Assembly (NCBI RefSeq): GCF_009914755.1
Contig: NC_060925.1
DNA from: the human T2T-CHM13v2.0 reference genome, Homo sapiens
Reading direction: 5' to 3' (one strand)
Length of the DNA stretch: 64,000 nucleotides
Made by a program: the position numbers and the translations under genes. Below the pieces are notes generated by a model. It was not told where the DNA came from. It worked only from the letters and a program-made list of their open reading frames with translations, and searched no databases. Numbering within the stretch: the stretch's first letter is position 1; each line of letters begins with the position of its first letter. Of the stretch, positions 41,215-54,918 are shown in pieces.

Positions 41215-41550
41215 CACTGAGAGGCTGAATATAAAATGGACAACAGTGAGATCATGTATAACCACAGAACTCTGAGCCACAACCTTTGCAACCAACGCAG
41301 GATGGCAAACCACAAGCTCTGCAGCCAAGAGCCCAGAACGGTCAGGACTTGGGCAATGACAACCAAGGACCAAACAGAAAAAGCTAAGATGTTCCCCAGA
41401 CCAGTCACACAAGATACCCACACTTCCAGCTTTCCCATGCCAACAGCCTTCCAACCACAGCATACCTAAAGCTGCCTCTTTCTTCCATTAAAAAGCTTCT
41501 CCACTCCCTTGCTGAGCCTACCAAAGGGAAGAGATGGTGGCTGACTGGAC
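41215..41550 (+). mobile_element. ERV1 LTR fragment (MER31-like)
   Basis: cacaacctttgcaaccaac, gcccagaacggtcaggacttgg, aaggaccaaacagaaaaagc, gatggtggctgact. Confidence 0.7.
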
Positions 41551-41789
41551 GTTTCTCAATCTTTGGAATTACTAAATACAGCAAATGTGTTTTTAAATAA
41601 TACCCTCAGACTCTAGGTAGTCTAGAAATTTACAACACTGCTTCTTAGTGATGACGGAGTTGTTATATAACACACTGGTTCATTTAAAAGAACAGGAAAA
41701 GAGTTTGTGTACTGATAATAAAAATTTAACTCATGTTGAGAAAAATAAGTAATAAATACCAATGAACAAACAACCAGCACTCTCAAGGA

Positions 41790-42270
41790 CTATATGGTGA
41801 CACATCTATTGTTATGTGCATTTGCCAATCAGTATTGTTATGGTTCTACAAAGAATCCAGTGCACCAGACTGCAGCTAATTATGTATATTCAAGTGATTA
41901 GCAAGCACTTGTTGCCTCTTTCACACCACCCTCCAAACAGCAGCCTTTGAGAGGAGAATAGACTGCAAATTTATTGAGAGAACACTGTTAATCCTTTGGG
42001 GAGAATGTAAATGTAAACAGGACTACTCTACATCAAGGTGCTTTGACAACAACAATCATCTGCATAAACACATGCTCAACAACAAACAGGTGTTCTATTT
42101 CACAACTAGCACCCATTTGATGCTTTCAAGTAAGCATTATGCACAAACTGTTAGAAGTACTTTGAAACCAGCTGCAATTACTATAATTAGCTGCTTTCCT
42201 ATACTTTGTTTCCTTTTACCTGTTCAGTACTGTGCTATGCCAATTCATACACTCCAAGTAAAATGACCAG
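41790..42270. promoter_or_regulatory. Second candidate developmental enhancer
   Basis: Unique sequence between TEs with SOX (ATTGTT x2, AACAAT), FOX (TGTAAACA 42012-42019), TAATTA, an NFI half-site (TGCCAA) and E-boxes CATCTG/CAGGTG/CAGCTG. Confidence 0.45.
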
Positions 42271-42549
42271 TTCAGGACTTTTACTGGTAAGGTATGAAAA
42301 GCACACAAACTAGACTCCATTTAAACTAAGTCAACTGGAACTTTCTCCAAATATCAAAAATACTAAAGGCAAAATTCAAATACTTCTATTTTAAAATTAC
42401 ATTAATGAGACAAAAGATAGCTCTCTTTCAAAGCTGTTTAAAGTTTTGACTCATAAGAGACCTCAATTATTGTAGTATTAACTGACTAGAAGAGGAAAAG
42501 GGGAAATATTCTAAAAGTCTATCAATTAAAGAATAAATAAAAAGTAGTG

Positions 42550-42720
42550 CTACATATTCAAATGGAATACTATACAGCAGCTAAAAGGCATAACCTACCA
42601 ATAGCTTTAGCTACAGCTGTAACTACATTGCACACGGACAGAGCACAAAAACAATATTAAGTGAAAAAAGGAAAATTTCAGAATGCCAATAAGTATAAGC
42701 TAACAATCATAAACATATGT
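42550..42720 (+). mobile_element. Old L1M 3' fragment
   Basis: atattcaaatggaatactatacagcag...aatattaagtgaaaaaagg. Confidence 0.6.
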
Positions 42721-42744
42721 AGTGACCAAATCAAAATCTATATA

Positions 42745-43086
42745 CAAGTTATATCTCAGAGACCTTTTGGGTTCAGTTACAGACCTCTACAATAAATATG
42801 GCAATAAAACAAGTTATATGAAATTCTGGTTTCCCAGCTCATATAAAAGTTATATTTACACTACACTATAGTCTATTAAATGTGCAATAGCATTATGTCT
42901 TTTAAAAAGTACGTATCTTAATTAAAAACATTATTGCTAAAAATGCTAATCAAGTGAGCATATGCTGTTGGAAAAAATGACACAGATAGACTTGCTCAAC
43001 AGAGTTGCCACAAACCTTCAATTTGTACAAAATGCAATATGTGCAAAGTGCAATTAAACAAAGCACAATAAACTGAGGTACAACTG
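42745..43086 (-). mobile_element. Internally deleted Tigger1-like TcMar DNA transposon with both TIRs
   Basis: TA|caagttatatctcagaga ... aagcacaataaactgaggtacaactg|TA. TA target duplication. Confidence 0.8.
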
Positions 43087-43481
43087 TAACCATTAGCCTA
43101 ATTCTAAAACCAAAATTTTCAAATGTATTAATATAAATCTCAGAAAATCCAAAAGTCAAATATGGCATGAACTCTCAACAGAAAAAAATTAGCTAATTCT
43201 CTTAAATCCAATCCAATGATAAACACACTGTCAAGTCCATGAGGGCTGTGACTATTTCAGCACTGTGTACTGCTGTATCTCCTGTACCTCACTGGCACTT
43301 CCAGTAAGTAATATTTCATCAATAAAGTATTTATGAAGGAGTGAATCAATGTATGTATGAATGTGTAAATGAGTGCACAAATCAAAGTTCACAAATAAAC
43401 TGAAACACTGAAGTATTGTTTAAAAATATACAGTGTGAACTATAAAAAGGAAAAAGAATACCAGGTCACATTACTCCATTA

Positions 43482-44578
43482 CAGTCATGCATTGCTTAAT
43501 GATGGGGATACATTCTGAGAAATGCATCATTAGGCAATTTCCTCACTGAGTGAACATCATAGAAACACCTAGTTTTTAGGCTACAAATCTGAACATGTTA
43601 CTGTACTGAATATGCAGTTCTAACACAATGGTATCTGTGTATCTAGACAAATCTAAACATAGAGAAGGTACAGTAAAAATACAGTACACAGGGTAAAAAA
43701 AAAAGTGGCACACCTCTATAGGGCACTTACCACGAATGGGGCTTGTAGGACTAGAAGTGACTCTGGGTGAATCACTGGTGAGTGAATATGAAGGTCTAGT
43801 ATATTACTGTAGACTACTGTGGACTTCATAAACACCGTACACTTAGGCTACAATAACAAAATATTTTTCTTTCTTCAATAATAAATTCAGCTTACTATAA
43901 CTTTTTTACTTCATAAACTGTTTAATTTTGTAGCTTTTTGACTCTTGCAGTAACACAGCTTAAAGCACAAATACACTGTACAGCTGTACAAAAGTATTTT
44001 CTTTATATCCTTATTCCATAAGCTTTTTTCTACTTAAATTTTTTTTACCTTTTTTGTTAAAAACTTAGATATAAACATACATATTAGCCTAGACCTACAC
44101 GGGGTCAGGATCATCAATATCATTGTCCTCCTCCACATCTTGTCCCAGTGGAGGGCTTTTGGGGGCAATAATGTGCATGGGGCTGCCATCTCCAATAACA
44201 ACGCCTTCTTCTGTAACACCTCCTGAAGGACCTGCATGAGACTGTTTTACAGTTAACCTTTAAAAAAGAAAATAAAGCAGAGAGAGTACACTCTGAAATG
44301 ACAACAGTATAATAAATACATAAACCAGTAACACGGTCATTTATTATCATTATCAAGTACTATGTACTGTATATAATTGTATGTGCTACACTTTTGTACA
44401 AAACTGGCAATGCAATAGGTTGGTTTACACCACCATCACCATAAAAACGTAATGCATTGTGCTATGATGTTACATCACTAGGCAATAAGAATTTTTTAGT
44501 TCCATTATAATCTTATGGGATCGCTGTCATATATGCAGTCCATCATTGACTGAAACATCATTCTGCACCACATGACTA
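43482..44578 (+). mobile_element. Tigger3-family (Tigger3b/MER7-like) DNA transposon, about 1.1 kb
   Basis: TA|cagtcatgcattgcttaatgatggggatacattctgagaaatgcatc ... ctgaaacatcattctgcaccacatgacta (inverted termini). Confidence 0.88.
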
Positions 44579-45229
44579 TTTTTCAACATGTTTCTAAAAA
44601 TATCATCTAAGTATGATATTTGAAACTTTAACTGGCTACTCATACCAAAAGCAATTTGTAACATTACTTTATACCCAGAAAAATATTTCGTTGCGTTTCC
44701 TCTCATAACATTTTCCACCATTTTTATTAGAGACTACTGTAACATACCTAGCAACAAACGTTAGCATGAGTAGCCAGCTCTTACTATCAGTCATCACCAG
44801 TCATTCTCATAGTTGATATGAGTTGTCCAACTATTTCCATCTTTTTATTAGATAGCTGCAAAAGTGGGTGCATGCTCACCACAATCACCTGTGGGAAACA
44901 AATGTAAACCCAACTGATGGGTCAAACTGTAGAGGAGAGAAGCCAATGACAGGTATTTGAGACAATGCCATGGAAGAATAAATAGAATGGGAGAATGAAT
45001 TTGAAGTTCAAAGTATGTATTTCAAATATTATTAAAAAGTAAAATTATTCTTCCTTGTGCTAGTGCTAAACACAAAATACATCCTAAATAAATATTAAGT
45101 ACAGTGGTAAGTAATTTAGGGGGAGATGCATTTAGCTTTGGTTATATTTAGCCTAAACCATCTGCCACATACTTTTTTTAATCTGTAAAAATAAGAAAAT
45201 GCAAGTGCTAGACAGAAAGCTTGAGATGG

Positions 45230-45470
45230 GGGTAAAAAGTATATGCTTTGTAGTCAAATACATGGATTCAAATCCTGGCTCTGCCACTTATTATCAGTGT
45301 AACCTGGATAACAATCCCTCTGAAACTCCCATTTCACTAGAAAACTGGATGATAATAATTTGGTAACACCTACCACAGAAAGTTGTTCTAAAGCTTAGGT
45401 TATTTTATATAAACCAATTAGCATAGTGCCTGGCACATACCATAGTGAGTAATCAATGTTAGAAATTACA
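45230..45470 (+). mobile_element. MIR SINE
   Basis: ggattcaaatcctggctctgccactta...ttagcatagtgcctggcacata. Confidence 0.8.
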
Positions 45471-46334
45471 ATTACCAATCATTGTCTTAGTGATAAATCA
45501 ACATTCAGATTCCAAAAACCTGGGGTCAAGAAAAACATAAAAGGCCTTAAATGGCTGTACTTGATGCCCACTGTTAATGGAATTTACTAGAAAGAAAGGA
45601 ACTAAAGAAGGCTGAAGGAATCATAGTCCTGGAAGAAAATGAGAAGCAAGAATTAGAAAAAAGAATGGCCCTACCAATAAAGGTTTAAAAGTCAGAAAAA
45701 TAACAGCTATAGAGGTATTTTGTTCTTAAAGCTATTTCAAAGGCAAACCAAAACAAGAATGAAGTGAATGGTATTATACAGCAATCTTAAAGAAATTAGG
45801 AGCCTTGCAAGTACTAAGTTCGAAGATAAAGAAATGGAAGCCTAACAAAATGAGAAAGTCAAGGCATATGCTGATTTGAAACAAAACAGACGTACTAAGA
45901 CTTTGCTTAAGATTCATCTACTTTAAAACACCTCAAAGTCCACGTAACTTCATCCAGATGTATGCCACCCCTATATTGCTATTTTCTTTCCACCTTCCCA
46001 ACAGATAACAGCCATGCAACTGGCATTTCATAGACACAAGTATTTGCTGAATAAATGAACCGTCACACACAAATAACATATGTAAATTATCTGAACATAG
46101 AGCAATCTTTCCAGCATCATTTCTCACTAGTCCCTTTCTCACAGAATCCCTCAAACCCTACTAATCTACTTTCACTTCCAGAAAGGTGCAAGAGTCCTTT
46201 CTGTCACACTTTTGCTGGTCCCTCTTCCCATAACCTGCTTCCATTCACAGTGTACCAGGCAACTCTTACTCTACCTTCGGATCTCAGCTTCAAGCTCAAA
46301 ACTTCTAGAAAGCCTTTCTTGGCTCTATCATACA

Positions 46335-46520
46335 CAAAATGTGAGTTTGGACAAGTCACTTTATTTCTCTGTGCCTCATACTCATCTGCAAAATGGGGGT
46401 GATAGCGCTTTCCTCATAAGGTTGCTATGAGAATTAAATGAGATTAATTCAGGTAAAACACCTAAAATAGTGCTTGGCGTGTAGTAACAGCTCAGTAAGG
46501 CATGGGTGTAATTGTTATTC
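46335..46520 (+). mobile_element. MIR SINE within an L2 fragment
   Basis: ttggacaagtcactttatttctctgtgcctca...catctgcaaaatgggggtgata...cctcataaggttgctatgagaattaaatgagat. Confidence 0.85.
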
Positions 46521-48269
46521 CCTGACTCCTAAATCCAGGTTAGGAGCCCCTTCTGTTATTCCTTCTTCTTCTTCTTACTAGTATTCCCTTTCCCTACCAC
46601 AGCATTTATCAAAGTGTGGGTTCTACAATGTTTTGCTAAGAAAGATGAAAAGTAGAAAGAAAAGAACTAATGAAGAAGTAGAAAGCAAAAGAAAAAGTGA
46701 GCACTCAATACAGGGATGAACAAACAAAAGAAAGTGAAAAGGAGAAAAGGGACAGGGTAGACTTCCTTAAGATATTAGTAAAATAAAGCAATTCTTGTTT
46801 TAAGGATTTCAGTAGCTTTCCTCTTGAGCCAAAAATTCTACAATAAATAGGACAACTATGAGAATCCACAGGGAGAAGTCATTGGATGGCAATGATTAGA
46901 ACAATATTTTGTTATAAATCAGATGAAATAAAATCAGGAGCAAAAAGGATTTCCCATCTAATCTAGAATAAAAATCACATATAAAATTGATCTAGACTAA
47001 AGTAGGATGCACTTGTAAATTATGAAAAGATTCCAAAACATTGAAGTACTGTGGTCTCTTCCTACAAATTAACTGTTCATTTTAAAGTAATATAGGATGG
47101 CATTATGACTGAAGATAACTAATATACTCAAATTGCACCGACTACATCCCTGGCCCAGAGAAGTTAAAACAGAAGAAAGCAACAATGACTAGACTCTTCA
47201 CCAAAAAAGAAATGTTTGTTTTTGCAGGTTAGCTCCACCATTTTTTTCACATTTGCATCCTAATAGTTCTACTTGGTCTCTCCATTATGCAACAGTTCTT
47301 TACAATACAGCCAGCTACCCTGACAACTGGGTTCCTTTGCCAGGGTGGCTTTGTCTAAATCCTAAAGCTGTGCTTGGCTTTGCACTGAGCCCAGTGGCTG
47401 CCTGTGATCTGAATGCCAATGAAGACTACAGACCCTGTTGTCTAACAAGCCAGAGACTAAAAGGTCTCTTTGGGGTCAACAAACTGTCTCGACTACTTTC
47501 ATAAGCTTAAGAGACTGGAAAATGAAGCTAGAAATGCATCTTATTTCTTAGGAGGACAATGGGGGAAAGTATTAAACGTTTAACATTCATCAGATACTGT
47601 TAGGGCTTCAACTTTAGGGAGGTGTCTAGTAAACCTTCACATGTAAATAAAGTACTTGTTCTTTTAAGAAGGAATAAGCTTCATCTTAAAGAAAATGTAA
47701 ATAAATTTTATATTATCAAATTTGAAAATGTTTAGAGAATTTATGTGCTCAAAAGTATACATAAATGTCTCCAGTCCCACTTCCCACTTAGTACTCGTTG
47801 AGGATGAATAGATAATGACACGGAAATAAAGATGGTAAACCATTACACACTGTAAAATTTAGTGTTCAGTTACAATCTAAGAAATGCAAAACTATGTAAC
47901 TCTAAAGAAGCAATTAGGTAGTATATACTAAAAAGCAAACATTAAAAATGCTAAAATCCAATGGTAGAAGAATATTGTTTTAACTACATTATTTTAGTTT
48001 GTCAATAAAAAATAACATGCATTGTTTTTGCTTGTTTACATGTCTGAATCTGCCATTCCGCTACCATACATTTTCTTGTATTTTTGTGCTTGGAGGCTCC
48101 CTTTTCCTTCTTTATAACGAATTCACCATCTCTCATTTAATCAAATGGCAAATCCTATGTTTTATTTCCTAGATCACTCTCAAACCTTATGCTTTTGCCA
48201 CAACCCTAGCACAGATCATGGTGATCTCTCATCTAGATTCCTATGAGAGCCTCTGAACTGGAATCTGGC

Positions 48270-48717
48270 CGGAGTAGTCCAATAAGACACATAATGTGAC
48301 ACATACATGTAATTTTAAATTTTCTAAAAGCCATACATAAAAGAGCAAAAAGAAAGAGTAAAATTTAACTGAATAATATATTTAACCAAGTATATCCAAA
48401 ATATGATCATTTCAACATATAACCATAGAAAAAATTGAGATATTTTACATTCTTGTTTTTTATATCTTGAACTCAAAATCCAGTGTGAATTTTACACCTA
48501 TAATATAGGTCAATTCGCACTCTAAATTTTCAATAACTTATGTGAAATGTAGTCCAATCAAAATACTAAAGTTAAAGGAAAACATATTGTTTAAAATTTT
48601 AAGTTAAATTTTTAAATCAAAATTAACAAAAATGTAAAACTCACTCCTCATCACACTAGTTACCTTTCAAGTGCTCAACAGCCACTTTGGCCCATGGCTA
48701 CTTTGTTGAACAGTACA
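48270..48717. mobile_element. hAT-Charlie element (MER33/Charlie5-like) inserted in L2 (L2 at about 48060-48265 and 48720-49170)
   Basis: gtccaataag...atgtaattttaaattttctaaaagcca...tttcaagtgctcaacagccac...tggctactttgttgaacag. Confidence 0.8.
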
Positions 48718-49674
48718 AATGTAGGTCTTCAATTTTTGCCTCTTCTAACCTAGACTGAACATATTCAAAAACAGAGATCATTCACATCATCTTATGGCTT
48801 TAAAGCCCCTCAACCACGTCCTGCTGATCTGACAAAACCCAAGTGCTTACACAGGTTTTGCAACCTAGGCTCCCTCCTCCTTTTCCAGCCTCAGCTATCT
48901 ATCTCCACTTTCCCCTTACACTCTGTTCCCCAGATAAACAATGCTTTCCCCAAATCCCGGAACATGCTGAACTTTGTCCCCTTTGGCATGTGCTGCTAGT
49001 CCCTCAGGTTTCAAATTAGAAATCACTTTTTCTTTTTAGAGCCCTTTCTGTTACACAGCACAAGCTCTTGTGAGGGTAAGAACTGGATCACTATTGCTCA
49101 TTATTGTATCCCCAGCATTTATCAAAATGCCTCATATTTTGTAGGCACTCAAAAAATATGAATCAATCCACAGAGTAATCTTAGCTGCCCAAAATAGGCC
49201 AAAGGCATGTCCTCATGTCAACACATGTGGCCGGAAGAGAAGGGTCTTCCTGGGAGCTCATTACATGGTTTTACTATCACTAACCAAAAAATGAGAGAAA
49301 CTACGCCAAAATTAGCACCAAAACACTTAGACTCTCAAGTTTGGAAAATGCAGTACAAAGTAATACTTTGTGTTTTATAGGTTCTTTTGAGTCCACTGGA
49401 AAGGCAGTATACCTGAGTAACAGAGTAAATTCTAGTGTCAAGGGACTTGTGAGAAAAGCGTTTGCCCCCCTTCTTACAAGGAGAGCTCATTAGTATTATT
49501 TCAGGTTTCTTTCTCTCCCTTTACTCCCTCTAATTCTGGTAAGATGGAGTATTTTAATCTGGTGAAAAACTGGTGAGGAAAAATCCTTGGTATGCAGGAT
49601 TCTGCTGGGCCCCTTTTCTTCCTGTTGAAACTAGTAGGCTGCAGAAAATGCAAATGTGTCTTTTTCCTCTATGC

Positions 49675-49830
49675 AAGAGATCAGCAAACTACAAAAGGCT
49701 GATGCCTATTTTTCTAAATAAAGTTTTATTGGAACACTCATTAGCTTACCTGTTGTCTATGGCTGTTTTCTTGCATCACAATCACAGAGTAGCTACAATT
49801 GCAACAAAAACCATAAAGATCCCTGCTCTA
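49675..49830. mobile_element. MER58A fragment (hAT-Charlie)
   Basis: tcagcaaactac...tttttctaaataaagttttattggaacac...ttgtctatggctgttttc. Confidence 0.75.
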
Positions 49831-51139
49831 TGGCACTGTCTTATTTATATTACCTGAAGAGTGCTTGAAAAAGTTGGCCTGGTTCTGCAATTCAATCAGC
49901 AGGTCATTTGGCTCTCAAACTCAGACCTCCACTTGGACTTTTATCATTAGTAGGTACGTTCTGGCCTCTATCTTTACTCTTCATTTTGTATCTGGTATTG
50001 TACAAAGGCCAGGTAGGAAAGAATGACTTATGCCATGACCTCTAGAAACCCCAATCCTTCATCTACATAAAATTTCCAGGCATGTTTATTAAGTTCTAGG
50101 GTATAAAATTTCAGGGGAGGGGTCTCATCAAATATTTGTTCAAGCTATGAAATACCTGGAAATCTGATTTTTGAAGAAGTGTTAGCCCTACATCTGGGAA
50201 ATTTATATCATTAATGTTAACTTCATCACATATATAACTGTATGTTCCATATATCGTCAATAAAGAACACTAACAGTATAAACTCCAGCCTAGTTCTTCA
50301 AAGACTTTTAGTATTTTCATGATAGGACCTTTGTTTCATGCAAGCACGTACCTGTATTCTGGGCAGAAATTTTGTTAGTCTTTGTTGATTTTTGTTTCCT
50401 TGTTTCTCTGTTTCTCTCTCAAAACAAATCCACATTACCCAAAAAGTGACACTGAATCACCCATTTCCAGTAACACTAATAAATAATTATTCCAATACTT
50501 TATTAAGAAGCATTCACCTTTTTCTCATGCCAATGTTTTTAAAAATAGAACTTTTTTACAGTGACCATTCTATCATACATATTTGTAAAAATATACATGT
50601 AAGAATATTAATCTTGGCAATAACTATAAGGAGTTAAAGAGAGGGAATCAAGATTTCCCTTGTAAGTTTATAAGACATAGTCCAACAATAATCTTATATA
50701 AGCTATTTTAATTAGGTCAATGAGAGTGTTGCATATTTTCATAACATGCTTTTTATTCATTTCAATTTCTTAACCAGCTTTGTTCCATTTAAGATCATTT
50801 CCTTGCGCTAAACATCTCACATTTCCAAATTTCCTATAATAAAAAGTTGCTTAAGTAATTTAATAGAACAAGACTAGCAGACATGATAAAACATAAAATA
50901 CTTCCTACCTTGGTACAAACTCAGGCTTACTTTTGGTTGCTGGGAATTCTAAAATGAAACCAAGAAACAGCTTTTCCAAAAAATTACTTTTGTGCAAAGA
51001 ATTAGAAATTAAACATGAAAAGGACTTTATTTTTCTCAATATTTTTATTCCAATTAGACTATGAGTAATCTGTGTATTAACAGTATTCAAAAAAATACCT
51101 GTAAACTACAGTATTTTTCCATAATCCTCAGTTTGTGAT

Positions 51140-51350
51140 AGGCCATTCTGAACCCATGAGTTTCTCATCCACAGATTCAAACAACTACAGATAGAAAATT
51201 AAAAAAAAAAAAAAAAAAACAGTAAAAAATAACAATAGAACAATATATGCAAATGTTACACCATTGTATATAAGGGACTTGAGCATCCTTGGAATTTGGT
51301 ATCCACAAGGGACCTAGAACCAATCCCCTGTGGATACCAAGGGGCCACTA
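51140..51350 (+). mobile_element. MER2 (TcMar-Tigger) with internal deletion
   Basis: catccacagattcaa...atgcaaatgttacaccattgtatataagggacttgagcatcc...gaaccaatcccctgtggataccaaggg. Confidence 0.85.
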
Positions 51351-51485
51351 TGTCTGTGTCATATGCCTCTCTGATAGTTACCACCTTTCTAAATTGAAAA
51401 TTTTTTTAAAAAAGCAAAACTAGTTAAAATCATTTTAATGTTATAAAAAGAATCGGATTTTATGTAAATAATAAATATACTCAGA

Positions 51486-51879
<394 letters not shown>

Positions 51880-52034
51880 TCATAAACCGATTTCTCCTCA
51901 TAAGAATATTCTCCAAACCCTAGTCTTTTTTAAAAGCAGCACTCTCCTCACAAAAAATTATGGGCATAAAAATACTTCAGGGGCTCCAGGGTATCTTTTT
52001 TTTTTTTTAATGTGTAGACCATTTACGAAAATGA

Positions 52035-52280
52035 AACTCTGTTAGGTTACTTAACATTGACTGCAACAACAAACACTAGCTTATTACATAAACTTTAGAA
52101 CATGTACATGTTCACCACTGCAACAGAAGAGGTCAGAAGGAGGTAGCTCTTAACTGACTCAGGCCAAAGTGACACATACTATTTTCACTCCCAATTCACT
52201 GGCCAGAAATTAGTCACATAGATCCAAAGGAAGTGCACGGAAGGCTCGAAAATGTAGGAGCACATAGAAAAGTTGGTCTC
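52035..52280. mobile_element. Old MaLR LTR fragment (MLT1-like)
   Basis: aagtgacaca...ttcactcccaattcactggccagaaattagtcacat. Confidence 0.5.
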
Positions 52281-52809
52281 CATCTCAAAAACAGCTCTAA
52301 AATACTGCTCAAGAATCTTCCAAACTCTGTGTTCAATGATAAGGTTGTAATTGGCCGGTAAACCTAAAATTAGGCAGATCAACTTTTAATTATACCCTCT
52401 ACAATGCCTAATAATTTTACCCTGGAAGAAAAACTTTGTATATAAGGGACTTGACCATCCTGGCAAAGAAATTTCCTGGAGAAGACTTCCCTGGAAGGAA
52501 AAACCACTGTTTGTTTAAAACACTTCATTTTTTCTAGTCTTGTTTTCAAAAATACTATGAATAAATAGTCTTAATAACACTCAGAAGGTAGCATTTGAAA
52601 TCAATTCCATGGTTTGAAATACATAGTTTTATTAAGGAAAAAAATATTTTCAAAGAATTTCACAACTTATCAAATACAGAGATAGACTGAATGATTATGC
52701 CAAATGTTTTAGAAAATAACTAATTTACAACAGCCCTTCTTAACATAGGAAAGTTTAATATTTTAAAATGCAAGTGTCATAAAATTTTTTTAGTACTCCA
52801 AATGAATAG

Positions 52810-53595
52810 TAAATATATGAAAAAGAGTTCTACTTCATTAGTTATCAGGGGAATACAAATTAAAACCACATTACTGGCCAAGGTTGATGCTACACCTGTC
52901 ATGCCTGTAATCCCAGCACTTTGGAAGGATTGCTTACACCCAGGAGTTTAAGACCAGCCTCAGCAACCATAGGAAGAGGCCCATCTCTACCAACAATATC
53001 ACCAAGTGTTGGTGAAGATATAGAACAAATGAAACTTACAAACTGCTGCTGGAATATAAAGAATAAACACTTAAGGAAAGCATCTAGCAGCATCTACAAA
53101 AGTTGAACATATGCACGTTCTATGATCCAGCAGCCCCACTTCTAGGTACATAGCCAACAGAAATGTGTATGTATGCACACCCAAAGACATACAGCCAAAA
53201 TGTAAAAACAAAACAAATCCAAAAATAGAACAGATAAACTAGGGTCTAGTCATGCAGTGGAAATATAATACAGCAATGGGCCTGAATGAACTGTTAGTAC
53301 AAACAACAACATCAATAAATCTCACAAATAAAATTTTGAAAAAGCCGCCATATGATTTCATACTCAAAAGCAGGCAAAACTAATATATGCTGTAGAAGTC
53401 ATCCTGTTTGCTTGGTGGGACATAGTGACTGTAAGGGTAGAGGAAGGGAAGGCTTATAAGGTAGTGGTAATATTGTTTTTTAAATATAGGTGTTACATGG
53501 TGTGCTTACTTCATGAATATTTACAGAGCCGTATTCTTATGATTCTTTCACTTTTATGTATCTCATACTTTAAGAAAAAGTTTACCTTAAAAAAT
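52810..53595 (+). mobile_element. Old L1M 3' fragment interrupted by a degenerate Alu monomer (FLAM-like, about 52876-52992)
   Basis: ttcattagttatcaggggaatacaaattaaaaccaca, caagtgttggtgaagatatagaac, tatgatccagcagccccacttctaggta. Confidence 0.8.
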
Positions 53596-53599
53596 TATT

Positions 53600-53976
<377 letters not shown>

Positions 53977-54186
53977 TTACTATGTTCAGTGGTAATTTCT
54001 GAAATGGCTATTCTCATCACCATGAGGGGATCTCATTTGTGATCACTGTATTCATGAGTCCTTGGCTCATTAAAAAAAAAAAATTGTTTTAATTTCTCAA
54101 AAAGATGTTCTTTTACAAGTAATGGGGGAGATTTTAAATTTTCCTGTTATGATCTTACTGAAGCTCTCAGTTCTAAAATAAAAGTA

Positions 54187-54508
<322 letters not shown>

Positions 54509-54732
54509 TCAATTTTTAAGAAAACGAGATATGATGTCAAAATTATTTATTTTAAAATGATCAGAGCATACTAAAAACATGTATGGATTTAGAGATGATT
54601 TTGGTCAATCCTCCTTATTTTACAAAAACAGGAAATGTGATTTGCCCAGGGTCACAAAAGTATGTGGTAATAGATGATATTAGTCAGTACTCAGCTCTCT
54701 GGAATGAGAATTTGTCCCTATTCCCTTTAAAC

Positions 54733-54918
54733 CAAGCTTGTCCAACCTGTGACCCTCAGGCCACATGCAGCCCAGAACAGCTTTGAATGCGCCTCAACAC
54801 AATTCACGAGCTTAAAACATTATAGGATTTATTTTGATTTTTTTTTAGCTCATCGTGTGGCCCAAGACAATTCCTCTTCCAATGTGTCCCAGGGAAGTCA
54901 AAAGACTGGACACCCCTG
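54733..54918. mobile_element. MER30 (hAT-Charlie MITE)
   Basis: caagcttgtccaacc...gtgtggcccaagacaattcctcttccaatgtg...aaaagactggacacccctg. Flanks ctttaaac / ctaaac. Confidence 0.88.

Noticed and set aside
49742-49760. CAG|GTAAGC on the minus strand as a recursive site
   Set aside because: No polypyrimidine tract upstream, and it lies inside a MER58A fragment.
47210-49990. Plus-strand acceptor/donor-like motifs (47227, 49380, 49504, ~49539) suggesting an antisense lncRNA
   Set aside because: Such motifs arise often by chance and no exon chain can be established without transcript data.
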